64,000 bases of DNA, taken from NCBI GenBank assembly GCA_013239625.1, contig MU053216.1:2570943-2634942 (forward strand). The letters are read 5' to 3'. The stretch is from Lama guanicoe (taxonomy: Eukaryota). Both the position numbers and the translations under genes were made by a program. Below the pieces are notes generated by a model. The model was given only the letters and a program-made list of their open reading frames with translations, did not search any database and was not told the origin of the DNA. Below, piece by piece: positions 37,147 to 50,984 of the stretch. The first letter of the stretch is position 1. Every line of letters begins with the position of its first letter.

Positions 37147-40100
37147 ACCGGTTTCTAGGCCTGGCACGCCCTCTCCCCCTCCTTCAGCCTACCTCACCCC
37201 CCCGTGTTTCCGGACACGAAACCTGGAGGCCCAGGAACACGTCCAGCACCTGAACTGCCATATTTTTATTTTTCCTTCTGTGCACCCAGTGGTCACTGAA
37301 CCTTCACCACAGGATTTACAATGTCCTATGTTGGATCTCATTACATACCTTACTCCTAACTGGTTCGCAAGAGAGCACCCCTTTTCCTGTAGGGGAGAAT
37401 CCAAGTCTCAGGCAGAGTTCTCCTCCTGTGAACATTTATGACCAGGCAGAGACAGAGCTGGTTCCCGAGAACTGTATGTTGACTTTTAAGCAAAATATTT
37501 AAAAACTGTTGAAATGCACATGCCTCTTCACTGTTACCACTCGTGATGAGGCTACCAAAGGTAGCGGCCACGGTGTTCTAAAGGTAAACATTTTTTGTGC
37601 TTGGCCATTCGTGAGGAGAAATGCAAGACCCGACAGCCAATTGTTTAAGGTTTCAAATGACTCATAAATTATTTCAAAAGTTCTAAGAAAATTTTTGAAT
37701 AATTTGTTCAGGACTAGTGAGGAAAGCCCTGATGAGAATTCCCCAGATACATTCAAATGAAAAATGAAGTACAGGTAAAAAACCCAGGGTCTCCGCGGTG
37801 ATGAGCATGGCAGCCTTTGTGTTAGCAAGATGGTCTGGATTCAAAGGGAGACAGGGAAGTGAGCAAACCTTTCTAATGGTAAAGCTGGGGGACTTTCGAC
37901 GTTAATGCTTGAATTTTTTCCCCTTAATCCTCATCCTTTATTTCTGCTTTTGTCTTTCTCTCTCTGACAAACTTTCTGATTCAGGAAGATAGTGAGCTAC
38001 ATATAAGGAGACCTTGCTAGATTTCTTTCCGTATCTTCTCACTCTCTTTGTCCAATGATCACTTACCAGTTGGTCAAATAGATCACCTTTGAGGCTTACA
38101 GAAGAATACCTTTCCGATAGTCCACTTGGCCTTGTGATGAGGAATATGTCGAGAAGAGGAAACCAGGTGTCTTGCAGTGGCTTTGAACGTGTTTCCCCAG
38201 CAGAACTGCTCCAGGGGCGCTCGCAGCAGAAGCAACCAAGGCGTGACCTGCTGTCTCCCGAAGCCCTGTTTGCAAATCAAAACTGCTTGTTATCCAGAGG
38301 GAAGAATTTTCACTCTGCTCATTTTAAAATCTTTTCTCCTGAAAACCTAAGGGTATAAAGCCAACATTAAAGGTCAGCGCTGAAAGGAAAAATCAGATGT
38401 GCAGTGAGTGTTGCTTTTAAAAATTAGGAGTTCTTAGATAACATGTAACTCAACATTTCCTGAAATGATTTTTTAACTACCCTGCTAAAAGTGAATAAAT
38501 TCAGACAACGCTTTCACAAATACCAGGTTGTGAAGTATCTGAGACGTAAAAAAATTTGAATTATAGAAATTAATTAAGAATTAGCAAGTAACTAATATTG
38601 ATATAAATTATTTGTCAATAGTTATTTTGGGTATCTATGCAGTAATTTTTCTATTCTATTAAACATCTATACTGCATACCATCTGCTGATACTCATTTTA
38701 ATTCATAAAAAGACTGTATTTAAATTAAAATGTGAGTGACAGGATCAGAACAGAAGAGAAAGGGCAAGAGAATAAACTGAATAAATTCCAAATACGACTT
38801 CTAAAGGCAGACAGTATAAAAGCTGTAATCTTAGCTTAAGCCTTACACTCTCTAAACACAGTAATTATAGGACATCTGCTGAGAACACAGCTTTGCTATT
38901 GGGTAACATTAATTGCCCTGTAATATTTCCTGACACTCCCCAAAATACACCCCATTGCTAATAGTTCATTCACATTTCAGTACCATTATTAGCTCCTAAT
39001 TCAAACAATCAAGGCAAAGACAAGGAAAGGGTGACCTTGAACAATTACCCACTCAGCGAACAGAATTTATTTTGTGCTTTTCAAAGATGTGACTGCTTTT
39101 CTGAGGCTGTGAATGGCGCTCCAAAATCAAGCAAATGCGAAGAAGGGGAAGCTGCGTGGCATACACCCGAGGTCCCCTCTGTGTTCTGAGAACAGTGATA
39201 AAAACCTATCCCTACATTATGCTTTCTAGAAGAAAAATAAAAGGAGGTGTGAAGTTCAAGCAAAAAGCAAATTCTCCTTATAACTGAGACAATCCAGTCG
39301 TGGAGAGTCAAGTATACATTCAAACAGTGATTTCTTTTTAAAATTTTCAACCTGTGAGAACATTTAAGAATCCCATAAATTTAGAGCCAGAGAAAACATT
39401 CACTTCTCACAGCAAAATGGTGGGAGTTTAACGGACAGCTCCTCAGGGGGGCTCCTTTGGCAAAATACTTTAAACACAGTCTGCCAAGTTAGCGCTCCCT
39501 CCTCCTCGCCACCTCCTTGTTTCTCAAGAAATCCGAATTTTTAAAGAAATGTTGTACTCTTGGCCCTTTCTAATATGGAATGCATTAAGAAAAAGCCCAT
39601 AAATAAACACTTACATATGCTCGTGAGAAAGAAAGCAGACACCTCAGATGGGCCCATTTGCCGACAGAGGGGTGAGGGAGCAGCAGAGGAAGTCACACGT
39701 GATGGGGCGGCCCCGTCCTCACTAGCCGCCTTGGATGTGTTGGGCAGAACCCAGCCAGGAATGCAAGAAGAGAGAACGGAGGCAGAGATGGAGCAGGAGT
39801 GGTTCCTGTTGAGAAATGAGTGCTAGCTCTTTTCCCACTGCCTGCAAGTCCCAAGAAAGAAAGTGAAAATGTGCACCGGTTTAATATAAGAACCCCCAAA
39901 GAGAAAGTGGAGCCTGGGCTCCCTCAGCGACGGGAGGCCCCGGGAAACGAAGGCGACAGCCTTACAGAAACAGGGGAGACGGGCATCTGCCGGAAACAGC
40001 GTTCGTGCGTGGAAGCCGCCGATTCTCCTACCTTCTCCTTCTCTTCTTCTAACATTTTATTCTTGTATGGCACGTACTGCGGTTCAAATGAAGAGGATGA

Positions 40101-40619
40101 TCGTTTTATCCGGCGTGTAGAGAAAAAATCTTGGAACAGAATTGTTTCTAATCATGCCCTGTTGCTCCCCCACCCCAAAGTCCAGCGCGTTTCAGAAGTT
40201 TCATGATATATCACCTTCTCCCATAGGAAAGCCTCGGGAAGACTCATGATGGTGTTAGTTTTGTAAGGACTCCTTTGTAGCCCCCCTACTTCGGTTCAAG
40301 ATTTTAATTTTAACTATTTTCACTTTATTAAAAAAACAAAAAACAAAAAACTCATACATACCACCCTCCCCTCACTGTGTACTTTTGTTTTATTCCTTTT
40401 TTAGCAAACGTGTCCTCTTCTGCGGATGCGCTGCACAGCGTTAGAGAAACTCGTGTTAGAACCCAGGCTGTGTCATAGTAGAAAACTTTTATAAAATGGC
40501 AAAAAACTCAAAGGAACCCTGCCTAGATGACAAAGGAACAGAAGTGTCAGAAAGCTGCGAGAGACAGGTTGAGAGGTCAGTCCCCAGCACCTGGTGAGAG
40601 GTCCAGAGAGCAGACAGGA

Positions 40620-42270
40620 ACGAGTGCCCCAGATGGGCCCGGCCCGCGCGGCGCTGGGCGCGGGGGGCTTTGCTGCGGGCGCGAGCGGGCCGGGTCCCTG
40701 TGTGAAGCCGGTCCCGGCCGGGCCGGGGAGTGAGCGGGTCTTTCACGCCGGGCCGAACTCGGGCTGCTCATACATGAGGACCCCCTGTGGGGACCCTGCA
40801 GTGTGGTTCCAGGTTCCAGCGATACAACAGAGACCTCGTCTGCTTTACTAGCCTCGAGGCAGATACTAGCAGGGCCGCAGTCCAATAGGGACGTATGTAT
40901 ATTTATTTACAAGAAGTAGAATTCTCAGCGTGCTTTCCTCAAAGTTTCAGCTGGATATTTCTAGAAGACTCAGAGGAGGGTCTGCCTGTTCTTTGCCCAG
41001 TCCTCATACGTCCCTGAGTCCTTGCCCGCCCTTCCTCCACATTTCTCACTGGTCCTCACACGTCCCTGGAAGGTGGGGTCTCCCGTTACCACCACTGTCT
41101 GCCCCACCATGGGGAAATCCGACATCCCTTCCGAGGGTGTGACACCCCCGTCTCCTCAGGCTGCTTAGCACTGAGGGTCCCAAAGGGTCTGGGGTCCCCA
41201 CGGCTCCTCCTGTTCTAAAGCAATGGGGGAGACGCCCGGTCTCCCTTCTGTGCAGGCCGTCGCCCCCTACGAGACCCACGAAGCCCCGCCTTATGGAACT
41301 GCCGTCTCCGCTCGGGACCTGGAGGCGAGCTCGTCCCGCAGCACCGACGGGAGACCTCACGCCGCTCCGCCGCGCTCCTGCCCCGGCTGGCGGCCCCCTG
41401 CAGACGTCCTCCCTTCCCGCAGGCTCCTCCCGCGACCAGCACGGCAGGCGTTTGGCGTTTGAAGTTCTTTCCTCTCTTCTTTGAGCCCCAAGCGAGCTGC
41501 CGATGTCGGTGCTCCTCGCCCCCGTGCGGCAGTGAAGGACGTCAGTTTGGCCAAGTTGGACAAGTTGGCTCAAACCAGGCAGGTGGCAAATAGTTCACCG
41601 GCCTTAAATATCCTGACAGTGGAACATTCCTAAGCTCAGAGGACAGTCCTACAGTTGTCTAGATTCCTCAAATGGGACAAATTGGTCATAAATTGGGATG
41701 TCTGTGACACATGCCAAATTATGGAAAGCAAAGTAAAAGCCTGTGCTGACAGCAGGGGCTGCGGAGCAAGGCGCTAAGCGAGGCGCTGACGTTACGGGAG
41801 CTGCGCTCCGTGCTCGCCCGGGGTCACCGTCCGCCCGCGGGCGCGGCTCTGCTCAGACGAGCGCCCTCCGCTGCCGCGCCTTCGCCGCAGAAGCAAACCC
41901 GGCCTCCCCGGCCCGGCCCGCAGCCGCGAGCCGGCGCGGCCGCGGCGCGGAGCCGAAGAGCACGGCTCCCGGGCCGCTCTGCCACCGGAGGGCCGACGGC
42001 CCCCCGCGAACGCCTCCTGGTCGGCGAAACGGCCAGGTCGCGGTGGCCTCGTCCCAGGCGCGGCGGGGAACGGAAGGGGCGCGCAGGTGCGAAGGGCCTG
42101 GCGCGGCGTGCGGCCCGTGGCGAAGGCTCTTTGGTGCTGCCGAGTCCGATCTGTGGCGAAGACCACGCCCCACACGGCGCACTGGGAGCGGGGAGCGAGA
42201 GCGGGGCTCAGCCCACACCTGCGTTTTATTTCTGCGCCTTTGGAACTCGCGGAGTCACATGCTAGGCCCG
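40620..42270. promoter_or_regulatory. Largest CpG island complex (cores 40620-40770, 41230-41530, 41740-42270)
   Basis: Very high GC and CpG density; no recognisable coding exon. Confidence 0.7.
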
Positions 42271-42437
42271 CAGATTCTTGCTATTCAATTTCCATTTGCT
42301 CTCGGCAAGACACGCATTTCCCCATGTGAAGGAAAAGGTCCAGAAGAGACAACTGGATATGGGCTATCTAACTCTTGCAAAATAGAATTCTGATGAAAGG
42401 AAGGTCAATTAATCAGGCTCATGGGGACTAAATCTCT

Positions 42438-42665
42438 TGAAAAGGAAGAAAGAGAGGAAGGAAGGAAGGAAGGAAGGAAGGAAGGAAGGAAGGAAGGAAG
42501 GAAGGAAGGAAGGAAGGAAGGAAAAGGAAAGAAGGAAGAAGAAGGAAGGAAAGAGAAAAAAGAAAGAAAGAAAGAGGAAGGAAGGAAGAAAGGAAAAGAA
42601 AGGAAGAAAGGAAAGAAAGAAGGAAGGAAGAAAGGAGAAAGAGAGAGAGAAAAGAAAAAGAAAGA
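42438..42665. repeat. (GGAA)n/(GAAA)n polypurine tract, about 225 bp
   Basis: Directly visible, including a long perfect GGAA run. Confidence 0.98.
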
Positions 42666-44194
42666 TTGTTTGAAAAAACTGGGCAAAGAATACAAGAGCT
42701 TCGTAGAGATCCATTTTTAGCCAAACCCTAAACATCCCTCCGCAGGCTTCTGAAACGCCTCGGACCTGTTTGCACGCACGCTTTGTTGAGCTACATGATT
42801 CATGATCCCTTTGGAGACACTCAGATACACTTATATGTAATTTGCTTTTGCATGATTTATTAAAAGAAGGAATCCTGGCTGAATTTCTTTTACTATTTGC
42901 ATAATAAAAATATTAATATCCATTGAAAGGTCAGTTCCGGTGTGCACTTGCCTGTGCTAAACGATAGTTTTGTGCCAAGAGCCCTAACAGGTTTTCTCAC
43001 AGAAGAATGGAAGAAGTGTTTCTTCTAAGTGATTCTGAACGTGGCCCGTGTTGGGAAGTAACCTGGAGTTACATTGCTGAGATTCTAGGATGTTACCATT
43101 TTAGGAAATAAATGAATTCATTGGCCTATAGCCCACATTCCATTTTATCTGGAAAATTATATGCCACAGGCCAGGAGGCATATTTTTTCCTTAATAAATA
43201 GCTACGCCATGTCATGATGTTAACTGCATGGTAAGAGAGACAAGGGATTGTCTTCCTTCCAGGAGAAGTGAAGTTTCTGGAATGGTATTTAATAGTCTTT
43301 TCCATTTTTTTCCTTCTTTAATTTTTTTCTACAACGATCCATTTAAACTGAAATTGTTCAGATTAAATCAGGTCTGCTTCCCTGCAGGTCTGATAACTCC
43401 GTCTCAGACACCCGAAGATTTTAACTAAAGTTCGGGTCCTAGCTTACACTGCATACTTATGGTTTTCCCCCATTTTATTTCAGATGTTGAGCCAAGATCA
43501 AATTAGATTCATATTTTCTTATAAACCCCCCCAAACTCTATATGGTGATAGATTATGTCCGTTTAGAAAAACTGGGGGAGACTAGAAAGATAAGGCTTTT
43601 TATAATTCGAACCTCATAATTCTCTTGTCGCCATTTAAGAAAGTAAGGTAAAAATAAAATGGATCATGGCCAGCATGCGGATAAGTGAATTTATTTAAAG
43701 AAGGAAGAACTCTAAAGAAAACACGGCTTCAAGCAAAATCACCACTTTGCATCATAGGCCTGTTAGTGCTGAATATTCAACGTGTCCCGCCCGCCTTCCG
43801 TGGCACATAATGCGGAGAAAGGCTTGTGCGGTCATTGTATGACATGTTCATTCAGGACATGAAAGCATGTAATAATGATATTCTTCAAGAAAATAATTTA
43901 GAAGTATTCAAATTTTATTATATTATCCAACAAGTAGTGCTGTTCTTGGATCTCACCTCCTGAGCTGCTCGTGTGAATCCCACAAGGCCTTTCACACAAC
44001 CGGCTCGCAGGGGCTTAGTCCCCGAGGGCGATGTACACGGACCTGGGTCCTCCCCATCCCCGCCTTGAACCTGGGGGCTACCAGGCACCCAGAGAGTCAG
44101 CTTGCACACTACCCCCCAGGAGCTCGTTTCCAACATCACAGACAGTTGTCAACAGATCAAATGTTCGAAAGAACGACCAGTAGAAATAAGTGTG

Positions 44195-44262
44195 ACGTCA
44201 GAGAGGCATGACCTGGGTTCAGATCCCGCCTCTGCCACTTACTGCCTTTACGCATGTCATGG
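44195..44262 (+). mobile_element. MIR 5' fragment
   Basis: GACCTGGGTTCAGATCCCGCCTCTGCCACTTACT matches the MIR B-box region. Confidence 0.7.
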
Positions 44263-44814
44263 AATCTTAGGAGTTACTGTCATCAGGGACGTTTGATAAA
44301 GGAGACGCCATTCCAGAGTAGACGTGTAGGTACCTGCAGGGGAGGCCGGCTGGGTCACCTGATGCCTCTCGGGGGCCCTCCGCTCCAGCTGCCACGCAGG
44401 CGATGAGAGTGAATGCAGGGATGCTGGCCAAATGGCATCCTTGAGACAACGGGGCCGACAGCAGGTCAGAGAAACCCGCAAGATTTTCCAGAAGTAGAAC
44501 CCCGTCAAGGTTCCATGAGGCCTAGAAAGAAGACAGTTGGATAGAAACGCTGTGAAGAGAGCAATAACCAGTTACAGCTTCTAAAACAACGTGAGAATTC
44601 TCACCTAATCACAGTGTTGGCAGCGACACGTTTTAGGAGCTATCATCAATGCATAAATGAAAACGCAGTACATTTTATCACAGCACAGACGTGTTCCCTG
44701 TGTACAAGGGCAGAGTGTCAGAACTTGAAAAAAAATGTATAGTGCGTGTCATGTGTTTTTCTTTTATTTGTCTAAAGTTATTTACTTTTGTTTTCATGTC
44801 TCACCCACTTGTGC

Positions 44815-45110
44815 TCACCTGCACTTACTGTAGTAAGTATCTATCTGGTACACGGCACACACCAAGCACCATATGAAACACGGGATGAAAAAGCATTGGC
44901 GTCTGTTCTTGAAGAGCTCATGGTACATTCAGCAGGGACGGATCAGAACGCACATGAGTTCACCCCGGGAAGTACTGGGTTCTCTAACAGACGTACGAAG
45001 TGCTCTGGGGACGCCAGTGAGGAAATAATCCTGATTGAGCCAGAGGAGAAGGGGTTTCCATACAGACGCGGAGAGGGTCTTTGATGTGGGCACTGAGAAG
45101 GGGGAGAGTG
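44815..45110 (-). mobile_element. L2 3' fragment
   Basis: ACCAAGCACC...GATGAAAAAG...CTGTTCTTGAAGAGCTCATGGT...TTTGATGTGGGCACTGA. Confidence 0.55.
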
Positions 45111-45934
45111 CTCTCTGCGTCCTAGAGTCATAAACTATTACTGCTGAAAAGATGTTTCTGGCGGTTAAGTTCAACTGCCTCATTTGGAAGCTAAAGGAAA
45201 CAAGACTTGGAGGGCGGGCTTAGGGGATGTGCTGAAAGCACCTCCTATGAAGGCAGGGAGGAGTCAGGGTCCGGGGGCTGGGTTTCCAGGTCACTGGACC
45301 TTCTCTTGCAGACTCCGCCCCAAGTCGGTGCCCCTGTGCAAATCCCACCCCCACGTCCAGTTCAGGCCGGCTGAGGAGGCTCCCCGCGGGACAGGGGGAC
45401 ACTTAGCTATCTGGAGGAGTCAACGACCAAACAAAACCTTAGAAGTGGTGCTTTCAGCCTCTGTTTCCATGTACTTCCATTTGCTTCCCCCGTCGCTGAG
45501 GAGGGGGTGTTATCTAGACATGGCTCAGTTTGCTACCAGAGATGTAATGCTCCTTACCTTTTCATTGAATGCCAGGAGCCCTTAAATGACAAGCGCTATT
45601 TTTTATGTAAAACATCCCTTAAAACCCATCACCATCTGACTCGTACTTGCTAGGGTCTGGCAACTTTGAATTGGGCCTTTTGCCATGTCTGACAGATGGT
45701 CAGAAATATATGTAGCCAAAGTACCATATATGTGCACTGATTGTGAAAATCTGGGGTCTGAGTCTCAGCTGAATCGCCCACATGGCGTCCAGGCTGATGG
45801 ACACAGGCGAGATTAAAGAGACGTGCGGGGTGAGAATGGTGCCTAGAGAGAGGTGCTCCGAATCTCCCGCTGCCCGTGGTTCTCGCTACGGAGAGTCCTG
45901 GTCGTTTTTTGGTTTTTGTTTTAGAAATTTTAGA

Positions 45935-46090
45935 ATTTTTTTTTTACTAAGGTACAGTCAGTTCCAATGTGTCAGTTTCTGGTGTACAGCATCGTGTCTC
46001 AGTCGTGCATGTACATATATGTATTTGTTTTCATGTTCTTTTTCATTAAAGGTTATTACAAGACACCGAATAGAGTTCCCTGTGCTGTAT
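45935..46090 (-). mobile_element. LINE-1 3' end fragment
   Basis: Poly-T then CAGTCAGTTCCAATGTGTCAGTTTCTGGTGTACAGCA...AGGTTATTACAAGAC...GTTCCCTGTGCTGTA. Confidence 0.9.
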
Positions 46091-47229
46091 TCATTTTGAA
46101 GCTATGGAAAATTGTGTTTTGGATGTAGACTTCCACATATTTTAAGCATCTGCTTTTACTTGGAGGCCCCTCAGTCCCAGTGCAGACAGACACAAAGCTG
46201 GCATTCGCGCGGGGTGCGGCGCTGTACGATGCTCTCAGATGGGATGGGCACGGGTATCGTTTAGATCGAATATTTCCTTATAAGAAATAGATATTATGCA
46301 CTATCTGAAATTTAAGATTGAGCTGATTGCACTGTTGGTCAAATTTGTAGGTAGATTTTAATAGATTAACCAAAGGAAGAATAAGAATTCCTTTTCACAT
46401 AATTTGGGTCATTTGAAATCATGAAATTGGTTTGGCCATATGGTGACCAAATAGCAGTGGTTAACTGCTCATTAACTAGCTGTTCTAATGACACAAACGT
46501 AACCATACAGGGTCAGTCTGGTCCAGTCATAGGGACCATGCGTCCTCTATTTCATCACCTACACATTCTTTTCAAAGAAGCCAGTGACTGGGTTCAAGTT
46601 TATTCTTACTTTCAGTATAACTAATATGAATAAAGTCAGTCTATTAATTAAATGCTATTGTGGTGATTATTATCAGTGAACACCTTATAATCTATACTAA
46701 TCATATAATGCATATCAATATAATTTTAACGCATGCTCAAAAGTCTATTTGTATCCTGAAAATTGTCAAATTTTACAAATGCTTCTTTTGTTTTTTATTA
46801 AGTGTGATTTTTTTCACCCTTTCAAGGCGCATTAACGACAAATGTTTTAACATTTCAACAATTATTCTGATAGAGAGCTTAACAGAATACCTACCCCGCC
46901 CCCACTTAATTCTAGCTCACTGGTTCTGATTAAATGATGATCTTAATGTTTGAAATGTTAGGGGATCGGATGGGAAGTAAAATTTAGTGCTTTTCACATT
47001 TTTATACTGAGCAAGAATTATAAAGTTTTATGATGCGTAGGACGGTGGAATCTCGTGGTACATGCGTTTAAGCAAACAACGAGAATCATTAATGCTTTCT
47101 GCAAAATCACCATCCGCCAAAGAAAATAACCCCACGGGCTGATCGTTCCCTTCGGGAATGAAGTGGGAGAGCGGACTGGCACGGCTGCTTCCTTGTCTTC
47201 CAATGCGGGGACAACAGGCATCACTCAGC

Positions 47230-47720
47230 TCCTTCCCTCTTGCCCCGGGAGGGGCAGCGCTGGCTCGGCGCTGTTCGCCCCTCCAGCCGGCGCGGGGCGT
47301 GGCCGGTTGTTCCAGGACCGGCGATTCGATGCAGGGAGCGCGCCTCTTTTGCACGTGAGCCCAGGATGACCCACCTCAGCGCGCTCAGTGAGCAGGTGGC
47401 AGTGCACACCTTAGAACCAGAGGAGGAGCTCCGCGCAGCTAGACTTCCACGCGCATCGCGCGTCTTCCCAAGGGAGAAGAGTTCAGGCTCCCGCCCGCCG
47501 TGAGAGCAACAGGGTCAGAGGGAGGCCGTTTCGTCTTTCAGTCTTTCCCCCTTTGGTTCAGTAGGGACTAACCTGGAAAGGAAACTGAAAGAGAGAAATC
47601 TCACATTTGTTTTTCTACTGGTGTGTTTCCCTTAACCCGCTCCGCACGTCTACTGGGGACGGTGGCACGCGACACACTGCGAGCGTCAAGGTCGCCGGGG
47701 TTCTTTGAGAGGGCGCACGT
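47230..47720. promoter_or_regulatory. CpG-rich region (weak island)
   Basis: CG-dense about 490 bp; partial CTCF-like GAGCAGGTGGCAG at 47390-47402. Confidence 0.45.
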
Positions 47721-47784
47721 GCTTCCTCACAAGGTAGAGGTATGATACCAACATACACGTTAGTGTTAATTATGTGTGGTGCAA

Positions 47785-47952
47785 TTCTGTATTATATTAT
47801 GCATTATATATAACTAATAACTATTGTGTATAAACATATATGCATATAATTGTTTATATAAATTAAATATAAACAGTGACATCATTTATATATACAATAT
47901 ATAAATATATATGTATAATTATATATAATGTCAACTTATAAGTATATATTCT
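47785..47952. repeat. AT-rich (TA)-degenerate low-complexity tract
   Basis: Directly visible. Confidence 0.8.
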
Positions 47953-48770
47953 CAATAGTCTGGTAATTTTACTGTTCTGGGGTATAAAACTTAAAGGGTA
48001 TAGAAGTACTGATAAAGTTTTAAATCTGATCAAGGAAACTTAGAGGATCTTTTCCTAATAAATTTTGGGGCAGAGGTGATGATATATCCTGGTGGGAAAG
48101 TTATTACATAGAAATAAAACAAGAGAAACATAAAAAGAATTATCACGCTATAATACTGTGCAATAATTTACAGCGGTTTCCAAGTGGACATTCTTTATCT
48201 CACTGCTTTCCGGACAAATGAGAACGTGAAGACCTTCTGTTAGATACTGGATAAAACGGAAAAGAAGAAAATGACTTGTATGAACATCTTCTGTTTCTTT
48301 CCAGATGATCTCTTGTGTTCTAACGCTGTTCCTTCTATTGATAAAGAGAAGGAGGGAAGGTCAGGATTTCCAGGGGCCATGGTTTACATCAGCACAGCTA
48401 ATAACACAGCTGCGACACAAAGTTTGCATCTGTGTGACGTTGCATCTGCATAAAAAGAGAAAATGGAGGACTAAATGGTGGTCTTTTAAAAAGCAATTTA
48501 TTATAGCTTATCACTCTCACATTCACGAACATTATTATGAAACTGCCACTTTTGATCATTTTGTGTTTTAATCACAGAAAATATTAAAAACTTGGAATAA
48601 AAATATTTTTCCTAACTGGTAAACTGGTTTTCCTTCTTCTATTTCCCTACGGTTGGGAAAGGCACGGATTGTCGACATTAATGTATAACATAGGATAGAT
48701 GTTACTATGAACGTCCAGGTAGCTGATCTTTGATGCAAAATGCTTCTGATGTTCCCACAGTGCATTCCTC

Positions 48771-48807
<37 letters not shown>

Positions 48808-48832
48808 AACATATATATATGTATATATGTAT
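48771..48832. repeat. Compound (TG)n/(TATG)/(TA)n microsatellite
   Basis: Directly visible. Confidence 0.95.
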
Positions 48833-50984
48833 GACACATACTAGTGGGCATTCTGAGTTTTATCAATATTTCTACTTGACTGTAAAGAGAAAGGTGAGTG
48901 GAGGGACCCACAGGCGTCTTGGAGCAGAACCACCCCCGTCCCCACCTCCTGTTTCTTTATTCCTCGGCTACTCCTGTTTCATAACTGGACCAGGCAGATC
49001 TGCCTCTGCTGTCTCAATAAAAGAACGAGAAAGGCGACCACATGTTAAAATGAATGAATGAATAAATGTAGAATTTTTAACAAAGAGAATACTAGTCTAT
49101 CAATACTCGTTCTACTCTCCTGAAGTCGAGAGATGAGTCATCTCTCTCATTCTGAGGACTCCTCTGATCGTCAACGCAAGGTGGGGCCTCTCACTGTAGC
49201 ATGGCATTCTCACTTGTTTGTAACCCTCCGCGTCTTGTCTGCTCTTGGATCAGGTCCACAGCGTCCTGATCATTGCACAGAATTTTCTCTTGCTTGGCTA
49301 GGGCGCGCCAGCACTTGGAAAGGCTGTGAATCGTCTGGTAATTCACATCTCACTGGGAACAGCCTAAGTCACTGATAGGCCTTGAGCTTTCGATGCCATG
49401 AATCTGGTCCTCTGAAAGTACTTGTTTTCATCACTTTGTGATTCCATTCATTTTTTCTCATGCAGCTTGGCTGCCCCGGATCGCCAGTACAACCACTACC
49501 TCCCCACGTGTTCTTTCTTGTTTTATCACTTGCAGTGAAATACATGGTTTATGTGAGTTAGATTTTGACCATTCTTGGGGTGATGAATGTCTTTGCATTG
49601 CTTCTGCCTTCCTGAGTTCTCTGCAGAAGTGTAACTCAGTTTGCTCTGTTGAGTTTGCTAATTATTCCCAGCACTGCCTCCTGGGACCATCATTCCAAAC
49701 TGTACCATGTATTTACACCGCAGTAAAGCTCTGTATCAACAGCTTTGGCAAGGCACGGCAGGTACACCGCAATTATCAATTCAGTTGCTGATTTCACTTC
49801 TTCCAAATTTCGTAGGTATCAGGAACATATGTATTAATAGTTCCTTATTGCTTTTTAATAGTTCATTTAAAAAACCCATTTAGCACCGTGGGTCCTGGGT
49901 GAATTTTATTTCTTCTCTCATTGGTTACTGTGTCCTGTGCCAAATGCGATGATGCTGTCAGCAAAATTTCTTCAAGTTACTTTTAAATAGCTACTGGTAT
50001 TTTAAAATTTAGATTCCAGAAACACCCGGATGTCCTTGGAAGTGGGTGGCTGTGAGAATCGGCAGACATAACTCACATATGCAGTTAATTTTTAATACAT
50101 GCTTTTGGAAAATAAATAGGAGCAAATGAGCTCTTCTCCAGTCTGCTGTGTTTCCCAGGTGTGTACTAGATACTTCTGCTTTTTGAGTTGAACACCAAGC
50201 ATGGAACGATGTTTCCTTCATCATGGCCATGCCGTTCATTGGGTGACATAACAGCAAACAGATACTTTATTTCAGAATTGGGTACAATCTTGGTGTGAAT
50301 GTGTAGAATTAGTAAATCAAGAAATGTCTTAAATTTTGTGTAGTTCTTTAGGGATATACCTACAGCTCTAAAATGGAGAGTTGGTTTCAAAATCAGGGTG
50401 AGAGTTAGTCACATTCCTCTGCCTCCTGCTCATTCCCAGTGCTGCTCCTCAGCACGCAGTTGCCACCTCTGGTCCCTCCTCATTGTCCTTGAGGGAAGCC
50501 GCCCATCTGATGAGTTACGGGCTCACCTGGGCAATGTACGCGGTGATGTTTGTGGAGGGACATGCTTGCTGCAGGTATTTACACGCACACACACTTAACC
50601 TTCATTAACTAGTGTTCAAATGTGGAAACATTAAAAGCAGAAATGCTTTTATGTAGTAAGATTTCTTTTCCTATTGGTAGGAAAAACCCATCTGCCAGAG
50701 AATTAAACTGCAGGAAGAACTCACATGAATACTGAACTTAATGTTCTTTCCAAGGAGCCGTGGGGGTGGAGGACCTGTGTGGAAGAAGGGGGTCCCTGGG
50801 CAGAGCAGGGAGCACCTGAAGAGCTTTCCAGGCCTCCCAGAAACACTGTGCTTTACTCCTTTTGAAGAAGCAAAGGCAATACTTCAGTTTTCTGGGTTTA
50901 ATAAAACGCCCGGGTCATACTTTAGAACTACTGCTTCTTGAGCATCTGTCCTGGAGCCCTTATCCCTGCATCTGAGGGATGTGC

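Noticed and set aside
38067..38379. Minus-strand exon with good acceptor and CTG|GTAAGT donor
   Set aside because: Stops in all frames soon after the acceptor; no supporting partner exons
41046..42393. Long overlapping ORFs (175, 216, 151, 127 aa) in the CpG island
   Set aside because: Stop-codon scarcity in GC-rich DNA on both strands; low-complexity R/G/A/P peptides with no recognisable domain
42405..42735. KEGR-repeat and PSFL-repeat proteins (also 32271-32492)
   Set aside because: Translations of (GGAA)n microsatellites
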